60,964 bases of DNA, from NCBI GenBank assembly GCA_000990585.1, contig LBQD01000001.1, forward strand, positions 1 through 60,964, read 5' to 3'. The notes under the pieces are model-generated. The model was not told the origin of the DNA. It searched no databases and saw nothing but the letters and a program-made list of their open reading frames with translations. The stretch's first letter is position 1. Each line of letters opens with the position of its first letter. This stretch comes from Candidatus Moranbacteria bacterium GW2011_GWE2_35_2-. Lineage in GTDB: Bacteria > Patescibacteriota > Minisyncoccia > Moranbacterales > UBA9337. The position numbers and the translations under genes are program-made. Below are positions 54,301-60,964 of the stretch, in pieces.

Positions 54301-56217
54301 ATGGGAAAAGTATTAGGAATTGATTTGGGAACAACTAATAGTGCGATGTCAGTTGTAGAAGGAGGAAGTCCGGTTATTGTTGAAAATAAAGAGGGTGTGC
54401 GTACTACTCCTTCAATGGTGGCTCTTTCAAAAACTGATGAAAGATTGGTGGGACTTTTAGCCAAGCGTCAGGCAGTGACCAATCCGGAGAATACTTTGTT
54501 TTCGATCAAACGCTTGATTGGACGACATTTTGATGATCCGGAAGTGGCGCGCGATATGAAAACGATGCCATACAAAATTGTCAAAGCCGGAGAAGGTGTG
54601 AAGATTTTGATGGGAGGTAAGGAATATACCCCGCAAGAAATTTCTGCAATGGTGCTGGGAAAACTCAAAGCGGATGCGGAAGAGAAATTAGGACAATCTA
54701 TTACTGAGGCGGTAATCACTGTGCCGGCATATTTTGATGACTCGCAGAGAAAAGCGACTATTGAAGCAGGAGAAATCGCAGGTTTAAAAGTTTTGAGAAT
54801 TATCAATGAGCCAACCGCTGCAGCATTGGCCTATGGATTTAATAAAAAGAAAGATGAAAAAATTGCGGTCTATGATCTCGGAGGTGGAACATTTGATATT
54901 TCAATCCTAGAAGTTTCCGAGGATACTGTGGAAGTAAAATCCACCAACGGCGACACTCATCTTGGAGGAGATGATTTTGATCAAGTTTTGATTCATTGGA
55001 TTATTGATGAATTCAAAAAACAAGAAGGCGTGGATTTGAGTAAAGATCCTTTAGCGCTTCAACGAATCAAGGAATCGGCGGAAAAAGCTAAAATCGAACT
55101 TTCCACTGCAATGGAAACTGAAATTAATCAGCCTTTTATCACTGCTGATGCGTCCGGACCAAAACATTTGGTAATGAAAATTACTCGCGCGAAATTGGAA
55201 GAGTTGGTTGGTGATTTAGTGCAAAAAACATTAGAACCGACCAAAAAAGCCTTGGCTGATGCTAAGCTTTCCGTGTCCGATATTAATGAGGTTGTGTTGG
55301 TCGGAGGAATGACCAGAATGCCTTTGGTTTTGCAAACCGTGGAAAAATTTTTCGGCAAGAAACCAAATATTTCTGTTAATCCTGATGAAGTAGTGGCGAT
55401 GGGAGCGGCAATTCAAGGTGGGGTTTTACAAGGCGACGTGAAAGATGTTTTGCTTTTGGATGTGACTCCTTTGACTTTGGGAATTGAAACTATGGGTGGA
55501 ATTAGAACCCCCCTAATTGAAAGAAATACAACTATTCCGGCGACCAAATCACAAATATTTTCCACAGCTGCTGATAATCAACCATCGGTGGAAATTCATG
55601 TTTTGCAAGGTGAGCGCGAAATGGCATCTGATAATAAAACACTTGGTAGATTTATTTTGGATGGAATTCCGCCGTCCCCAAGGGGCATTCCGCAAATTGA
55701 AGTTTCTTTTGATATTAATGCTAATGGTGTTTTGTCGGTGAAAGCCAAAGATAAAGCGACTGGAAAGGAACAATCTATTCGTATTGAAGCCTCCACCGGA
55801 CTTTCTAAGGAAGAGATTGAGAAAATGAAAAAGGACGCTGAGGCGCATGCGGATGAAGATAAGAAAAAGAAAGAAAATGTGGAAACAAAAAATATGGCGG
55901 ATACTTTAGTTTTCACCACGGAAAAAGCTCTGAGGGATGCCGGGGAAAAAATTTCCGCAGACAAGAAAAAACCGGTTGAAGAAAAAATCGAAGCTTTGAA
56001 AAAGATCAAAGATAGCGACGACATCGAAGCCATCAAAAAAGCCACTCAAGAACTTTCGGAGGAAGCGCAAAAGATTGGTGAAGAGTTGTACAAAGCGACT
56101 CAACCTGAACAGCCGGCGCAAGGAGCAACAGGTGAAGCTCCAAAAGAGGGCGAAGCTCCAAAGGAAGCAGAAACCGAACCGACAGATGAAAAGAAGGATG
56201 AGGGTAAAAAAGAATAA
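54301..56217 (+). CDS. dnaK: Chaperone DnaK (Hsp70)
   Basis: 'GIDLGTTNS', 'DLGGGTFD', '[10 protein letters not shown]', '[14 protein letters not shown]'. Confidence 0.98.
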   Translation: MGKVLGIDLGTTNSAMSVVEGGSPVIVENKEGVRTTPSMVALSKTDERLVGLLAKRQAVTNPENTLFSIKRLIGRHFDDPEVARDMKTMPYKIVKAGEGVKILMGGKEYTPQEISAMVLGKLKADAEEKLGQSITEAVITVPAYFDDSQRKATIEAGEIAGLKVLRIINEPTAAALAYGFNKKKDEKIAVYDLGGGTFDISILEVSEDTVEVKSTNGDTHLGGDDFDQVLIHWIIDEFKKQEGVDLSKDPLALQRIKESAEKAKIELSTAMETEINQPFITADASGPKHLVMKITRAKLEELVGDLVQKTLEPTKKALADAKLSVSDINEVVLVGGMTRMPLVLQTVEKFFGKKPNISVNPDEVVAMGAAIQGGVLQGDVKDVLLLDVTPLTLGIETMGGIRTPLIERNTTIPATKSQIFSTAADNQPSVEIHVLQGEREMASDNKTLGRFILDGIPPSPRGIPQIEVSFDINANGVLSVKAKDKATGKEQSIRIEASTGLSKEEIEKMKKDAEAHADEDKKKKENVETKNMADTLVFTTEKALRDAGEKISADKKKPVEEKIEALKKIKDSDDIEAIKKATQELSEEAQKIGEELYKATQPEQPAQGATGEAPKEGEAPKEAETEPTDEKKDEGKKE

Positions 56218-56231
56218 CAAACTAAAAAAAA

Positions 56232-56259
56232 GAGCGAGGCACAAAGCCTTGCTTTTTTT
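56232..56259 (+). terminator. Intrinsic terminator after dnaK
   Basis: gcgaggc/gccttgc stem (one G-U pair) plus ttttttt. Confidence 0.75.
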
Positions 56260-56422
56260 ATAATCATCATTTTTTCTAAACTGTGCATAACTCACCTGTG
56301 AAATACTTGACAATATTTTGGTTTTCTGATACAAAAGAAAATCAAATGAATGTTGTTTAACAACTTTAGGCGTAGAGGTATTCTCTGCGTTGAAAAATGA
56401 AAAAAAAGAAAGGAGTAGTAAA

Positions 56423-57286
56423 ATGAAGAAAAGTCTTTTAGTAACATCTTTGTTGATGGTTGGTCTGTCTTTCTCAGTACCCTCTTTTGCACAGCAGAAT
56501 GGGGGTCCGACCACGACGGCAACCGCGACCGGTGTTGGGCAGGCAACTGCCACCAACGCTCCCGTTACAACCACGACGATTGCGCCAACGGTTCAAGCAG
56601 GGGCAGGGGTTGAGATTATTGACAATGGTGTCAATAATTCAAGAACAACAGTCGTTAACAGACAGATTCCAATGATCGGAGTCCCTGGTGGTCCCGATGC
56701 TATGCAGTATTTCGGGGCGTGGAAAGATGTTCCGGCATGGAATGTCTTCCCGCCAAGTATCGGGATGAAGTGGGTGAAATCAGGCGAGAAGGTTACCGAT
56801 ACTCCGTATCGGGAAATCTTCAAGAAGATTTATACCACTTATCCCCGGAGCGAGGCGGTGTCAATGGTCGGATTTGGTGCCGGCAAGGGCGAGCTTATTG
56901 GTCAGATGGCGGTTATCCTTAATTCTGATCAAGGTACGCCAGATGCTGAGGCTATTGTAGTAACCGAAGCGTTACACATTGGGGCAACGTTGGTGGAAGT
57001 ACTGTCATCATCCTCTAACCAGTTGCCAACCTCATCGGGTTGGCATATCGGTTTTGGCGGTGGTGCCGGCGGAGTTGTTGGCGGAGACGAAAAAGCTGCC
57101 TTGTCCGGAGCTGGTGGAACTGGCTACGGAAAATCGGATTTGGAGATTAAGAGTCTCCCGTTTATGCAGGTGCGTTTTTGGCGCAACGAAGATGTTAATC
57201 AATCTTCGGTAACCAAAGCGGAAACCCCGGTCGCCACATCTTCATCAGTGGTTCCTGTCCCTCAGAAATGGGAGGCTGGAAAATAA
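56423..57286 (+). CDS. Secreted Thr/Gly/Ala-rich protein, unknown family
   Basis: SD 'aaaggag'; signal peptide MKKSLLVTSLLMVGLSFSVPSFA|QQ; locally GC-rich. Confidence 0.65.
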   Translation: MKKSLLVTSLLMVGLSFSVPSFAQQNGGPTTTATATGVGQATATNAPVTTTTIAPTVQAGAGVEIIDNGVNNSRTTVVNRQIPMIGVPGGPDAMQYFGAWKDVPAWNVFPPSIGMKWVKSGEKVTDTPYREIFKKIYTTYPRSEAVSMVGFGAGKGELIGQMAVILNSDQGTPDAEAIVVTEALHIGATLVEVLSSSSNQLPTSSGWHIGFGGGAGGVVGGDEKAALSGAGGTGYGKSDLEIKSLPFMQVRFWRNEDVNQSSVTKAETPVATSSSVVPVPQKWEAGK

Positions 57287-57443
57287 TCATTTTATATTTA
57301 TTAATTAAGTGAAAATATAAATCAATAAAAGGAGGTGATTGATACTTTTTTTCTGAAGTAAAATGAAAACGGCACGGAGGTGTTCTCTGCGCTAAATGAC
57401 AATAAAAAAGGGAGCACAAAATGCTCCCAGTAAGGAGATCGAA

Positions 57444-57875
57444 ATGAAAAAGTTTCTTTCAACAGTTGCCGTAGTCGCCATTTTTGCCTTTTCCGCCTCT
57501 GTCGCAAGTGCCTGTGGAGGGTATTCGTATGTCGGAGGGGACGTTTCATCTTCCCTTTACGGCGGCGTAAGTGGCGGCGCGTTGCAGGTTGACAGTTACT
57601 ATGGTGGGAGTATCTATGCGTACACCCCGACCGGGACTGTTTATGCTGGGATGTCGGTGCAGAATTCCATTGGCGCCAATGCCGGATATCGCGGTTCCGT
57701 CGATGTTTCCACATCGGGCGGTGCCGGATTTTTCGATAATGGAGGTGCCGGCATTTCGACCTGGTCCGGCGTATCGGCCAATGTCGTTGCGTCCAATGGG
57801 TCGGCGGCATGGGGCTCCACTCAGGCAAACGTCTGGGCGGAAAAATACGGCAGTGTTGCTACCGTAGCCCGTTGA
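57444..57875 (+). CDS. Secreted (possibly lipid-anchored) Gly/Ser/Tyr-rich protein, unknown family
   Basis: SD 'aaggag'; signal peptide ending 'SVASA|CGG'; low-complexity G/S/A/Y sequence; GC-rich. Confidence 0.6.
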   Translation: MKKFLSTVAVVAIFAFSASVASACGGYSYVGGDVSSSLYGGVSGGALQVDSYYGGSIYAYTPTGTVYAGMSVQNSIGANAGYRGSVDVSTSGGAGFFDNGGAGISTWSGVSANVVASNGSAAWGSTQANVWAEKYGSVATVAR

Positions 57876-57906
57876 TTTTGTGGGTGAATTAGCGAAAGCT
57901 AATTCG

Positions 57907-57948
57907 GACGTTGTTTGGATTATTCATATCTGAGCAACGTCTTTTTTT
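57907..57948 (+). terminator. Intrinsic terminator
   Basis: gacgttg/caacgtc stem plus T7. Confidence 0.75.
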
Positions 57949-58053
57949 GTATCCGAAATTTTTTGTGGTATGATGAATTTACAAACGGATATTTTATGAA
58001 AAAATATATGTCAACACGAAAGCGACAATTTGATGACAGGCTTGAAATATGAG

Positions 58054-58080
58054 CGCATCTTTGATTGGGATGCGTTTTTT
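58054..58080 (+). terminator. Leader terminator upstream of the PBP1A gene
   Basis: cgcatc/gatgcg stem plus T6, starting 2 nt after the stop of an 18-codon mini-ORF (57996-58052). Confidence 0.55.
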
Positions 58081-58119
58081 CTTGAAAAAATGCAAATTTA
58101 TAATATGGAATAAAATAAT

Positions 58120-60114
58120 ATGGGGGACAAGAAAAGAAAAAAGAAGAATAGGAGAAATATTTTTTATTACTTCAAACAAACAGTTTTGGGTATTTTTGAT
58201 GCTGGAATGATTTTAGCAGGGGTATTTGTCATTGTGGCTGCGCTTTTCTATTTGGATACGCCGAAAATCGGAGATTTATCAAAACGGGAAATTGCGCAAA
58301 CATCAGTGATTTATGACCGAACCGGTGAGCATATTTTATATGAACTTTTTGGAGAAGAAAATCGGCAGATTTTGAAACATAATGAAATTCCCGATATCGT
58401 AAGAATTGCGACTATTGCCGCCGAAGATGACGCGTTTTATTCGCACATTGGGATCGACTTCAAATCAATTTTACGTGCTGCCAAAGTCAACGCCGAAAGT
58501 GATTCAATCGAACAAGGTGCGTCAACTATCACCCAGCAATTGGCGCGAAGCATATATTTGAATAATGAAAAAACTTTGCAAAGAAAAATCAAAGAAATGA
58601 TTTTGGCGCTCAAGATTGAAAGAAAATATTTCAAAGACGAAATTTTAGATATGTATTTGAATGAAGTGCCTTACGGATCCAACGCGTACGGAATCGAAAA
58701 AGCGGCACAAACTTTTTTTGGTAAGAGTGCCAAAGATTTGACATTAGATGAAGCGGCGTTATTGGCGGCACTTCCTAAAGCGACAACACACTATTCTCCT
58801 TATGGAAAAAATAAAAAAGAACTTGTGCGTAGACAGAGAAATATAATCAAAAGAATTGGAGTGCTCGGTTTGGCAGGAAGAGAAGATGTAAAAGAAGCTC
58901 TGGCGCAGGATACGCTTGCAAAAGTAATTCTACTGAAAAGAAAAATTGTCGCGCCACATTTTGTTTTTTATGTTTTAGAAAAGTTGGAAAAAAATCACAA
59001 GAGAAGCGATTTGGAAAAAAATGGATGGAAAATATTTACCAGTTTAGATTGGGAAATGCAAAAAGAGGCGGAAAAAATTGTGCGCGAAGGCATAGAAGCT
59101 GATGAAAAAAAATATCGGGCGACTAATGGTTCGGTGGTGGCGATTAATCCAAAAACCGGAGAGATTCTAGCGATGGTCGGAAGTCGGAATTATTTTGACG
59201 ATAAAATTGATGGACAAGTCAATGTTGCGCTTCAACTCCGTCAGCCTGGTAGCGCATTTAAACCGATTGTATATGCGCGGGCATTGGAAGAGGGCTATCA
59301 ACCGGAAACAATGCTCTATGATGAGCAAACAAATTTTGGTCCGGACGGTGGAGGTAGAAGCTATATCCCTCGGAATTATGACGGCAAATTTCATGGAGCA
59401 GTTTCCGTTCGGCAGGCATTGGCAATGTCACTCAATATTCCAGCAGTTAAAGCTTTGCGCTTTGCAGGAGTCGATGATGTTTTGGAATTAGCAAAAAGAA
59501 TGGGAATTACCACGCTCACAGATACGAAAAATTATGGATTTTCATTGGCTTTGGGTGGCGGAGCTATAAATCTTCTTGAAGGAACTTCCGCTTTTTCTAT
59601 TTTTGCCAATGACGGGGTGCGCAATAAACCAGTTTCAATTCGAAAAATAACTGACTCCAAAGGAATAGTCGGATATGAATTTGAGCCGAATATGACCAGG
59701 GTGATTGATGCGCAAATTGCCAGAAAAATCAATTCAATTCTTTCTGACAATCAGGCGCGCACACCAATTTTTGGTCCCAGCAGCGCATTATATATTGCTG
59801 GAACTCAGGTTGCCGCCAAAACTGGAACCAACCAAGAATATCGCGATGGTTGGACAATCGGATATACTTCCGGTTTGGCGGCGGGAGTTTGGGTGGGAAA
59901 TAATGATAACAGTCCGATGAAATATGGAGCGGCGGGGACTTTTGTGGCGGCTCCAATTTGGCACAATTTTATGGTAAAATTCATAAATAAGTTTTCTGTG
60001 GAAAAATTTGCTGATTATGATAGAAAAGACTTATCGAAGAAATTGGTTTTCGGCGAACCGCAGAAACCGGAAATTAAAGATAAAAAATCCAAAAAAAATA
60101 AAAAGAAAAAATAA
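58120..60114 (+). CDS. Class A penicillin-binding protein (PBP1A-type transglycosylase/transpeptidase)
   Basis: GT51 motifs 'EDDAFYSHIGID', 'GASTITQQLAR', 'RKIKEM'; transpeptidase 'SAFKP', 'KTGT'; N-terminal TM; Lys-rich tail. Confidence 0.93.
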   Translation: MGDKKRKKKNRRNIFYYFKQTVLGIFDAGMILAGVFVIVAALFYLDTPKIGDLSKREIAQTSVIYDRTGEHILYELFGEENRQILKHNEIPDIVRIATIAAEDDAFYSHIGIDFKSILRAAKVNAESDSIEQGASTITQQLARSIYLNNEKTLQRKIKEMILALKIERKYFKDEILDMYLNEVPYGSNAYGIEKAAQTFFGKSAKDLTLDEAALLAALPKATTHYSPYGKNKKELVRRQRNIIKRIGVLGLAGREDVKEALAQDTLAKVILLKRKIVAPHFVFYVLEKLEKNHKRSDLEKNGWKIFTSLDWEMQKEAEKIVREGIEADEKKYRATNGSVVAINPKTGEILAMVGSRNYFDDKIDGQVNVALQLRQPGSAFKPIVYARALEEGYQPETMLYDEQTNFGPDGGGRSYIPRNYDGKFHGAVSVRQALAMSLNIPAVKALRFAGVDDVLELAKRMGITTLTDTKNYGFSLALGGGAINLLEGTSAFSIFANDGVRNKPVSIRKITDSKGIVGYEFEPNMTRVIDAQIARKINSILSDNQARTPIFGPSSALYIAGTQVAAKTGTNQEYRDGWTIGYTSGLAAGVWVGNNDNSPMKYGAAGTFVAAPIWHNFMVKFINKFSVEKFADYDRKDLSKKLVFGEPQKPEIKDKKSKKNKKKK

Positions 60115-60115
60115 T

Positions 60116-60679
60116 ATGCAAAGAAGGAGGGAAATAAAAATCAACGACAAAAAAATCAACTATACTATCCGCAAGAGTTCGCGGACACGCTGTTTGCGAT
60201 TGACGATTTGCAATGAAGGAATGCTCTCGATTACTATTCCTCGCGGAATCACATTGCTTCAAATAGAAAAATTTATTTTGCAAAAAGGAGGTTGGATTTT
60301 GGACAAACTCGATTTTTTTCAAAAAAGAAGGAAGGATTCTTATTTTGTTTCCAGTCGGGAAGAATATGTGCAAAAGAAGAGTGAGGCGGAAGAAATTATT
60401 CGGGAGAAGGTGAAATTTTATTGCGATAAATATGATTTTAAATATAAAAAAATCTCTATTCGCAATCAAAAGACTCGCTGGGGGAGTTGTTCAAGCAAAG
60501 GAAATTTGAATTTCCATTACAAATTGGCAATGATGCCGGAGAGGTATATTGATTATGTTGTGGTGCATGAACTTTGTCATCTGAAAGAAATGAACCATTC
60601 CGGGAAATTTTGGAAGCTAGTTTCTCGGATAATTCCGGATTATAAAAATGTGACAAAGGAGATGAAAAAATTCACTTGA
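60116..60679 (+). CDS. YgjP-like (DUF45/M48-type) metal-dependent hydrolase
   Basis: 'RWGSCS', 'VVHELCHLKEMNHS' (HExxH). ATG 1 nt after the PBP stop is preferred to the overlapping upstream start. Confidence 0.85.
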   Translation: MQRRREIKINDKKINYTIRKSSRTRCLRLTICNEGMLSITIPRGITLLQIEKFILQKGGWILDKLDFFQKRRKDSYFVSSREEYVQKKSEAEEIIREKVKFYCDKYDFKYKKISIRNQKTRWGSCSSKGNLNFHYKLAMMPERYIDYVVVHELCHLKEMNHSGKFWKLVSRIIPDYKNVTKEMKKFT

Positions 60680-60792
60680 ATTTATCAATGGGCATTTGAC
60701 AAGTTCGCAAATATTTTATAATATAAATCCTGCTAGGTTTCTAGCGGTTTTTGTTTTTGAATTTTTAAACAATTTTTGATTATTACTCAAAT

Positions 60793-60964
60793 TATGCCAA
60801 CAATCAACCAACTGAAAAGAAAAGCAAGAAAATCAATTAAGAAGAAAACAAAGTCTCCGGCGATGACCTTTGTTTTTAATACTATTAAGAATCGTCCGGT
60901 GGATTCGCAGTCTCCTTTTAAGCGCGGAGTATGTCTTAAGGTTTCTACAACCACTCCAAAAAAA
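60793..60964 (+). CDS. rpsL: 30S ribosomal protein S12 (5' part, runs off the window)
   Basis: 'MPTINQL.RK.R', '...[15 protein letters not shown]'. Confidence 0.93.

Noticed and set aside
55906-56574. 222-aa minus-strand ORF across the dnaK 3' end and downstream spacer
   Set aside because: It is antisense to DnaK and runs through the dnaK terminator. Its composition is low-complexity F/L/S-rich.
57322-57867. 168-aa minus-strand and 98-aa plus-strand ORFs overlapping the Gly/Ser-rich secreted gene; similar ORFs at 56460-57212
   Set aside because: They are open only because the region is GC-rich. Their translations are R/H/P/W-rich, with no SD or signal features. The chosen frames have SDs and signal peptides.

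Overview
The window is low-GC (about one-third GC by eye), tightly packed and almost entirely plus-strand. Gene content suggests a small-genome anaerobic bacterium of the Candidate Phyla Radiation / Patescibacteria type; this lineage call is inference only.

Contents in order:
- 3' end of 23S rRNA plus 5S rRNA.
- Housekeeping and division genes: a SEDS protein (FtsW/RodA family), L25, signal peptidase I, HisRS, HIT, S21, YqeY, YbeY, DgkA, FtsA, FtsZ.
- A secreted-protein islet with a LapG-like cysteine protease.
- An nrdR-nrdD-nrdG class III ribonucleotide reductase operon, then GreA and L27.
- An aminoacyl-tRNA synthetase cluster (TyrRS and an unusual PheRS) and RNase P RNA.
- A glycan locus, a MacB-like permease and a DsbA-like protein.
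- A four-subunit pyruvate:ferredoxin oxidoreductase, tRNA-Thr, an SPFH protein, a rubrerythrin-like protein and a ZIP transporter.
- RF2 with its programmed +1 frameshift, then FtsE and FtsX.
- tRNA-Gln, a pseudouridine synthase, SHMT and a second glycan locus.
- A CIRCE-hrcA-grpE-dnaK operon, two GC-rich secreted proteins, PBP1A, a YgjP-like protease and the start of S12.

I recognised no CRISPR array, transposase, integrase or known defense system.

Most interesting observations:
1. A single-chain, mitochondrial (FARS2)-type PheRS, preceded by a free-standing PheT N-terminal tRNA-binding module.
2. NrdD split so that the glycyl-radical loop lies on a separate 100-aa zinc-ribbon protein.
3. 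Two GC-rich orphan transcription units that look like unclassified structured RNAs (21.78-22.12 kb and 43.09-43.53 kb).
4. A Nudix-GrpE fusion.
5. A Met-at-a/d heptad repeat protein directly after ftsEX.
6. A 97-nt A/T hairpin insertion in 23S rRNA.
7. A GC-rich pair of secreted Gly/Thr/Ser-rich proteins that share a conserved leader hairpin.

All product calls come from motif recognition by eye; no database search was run.
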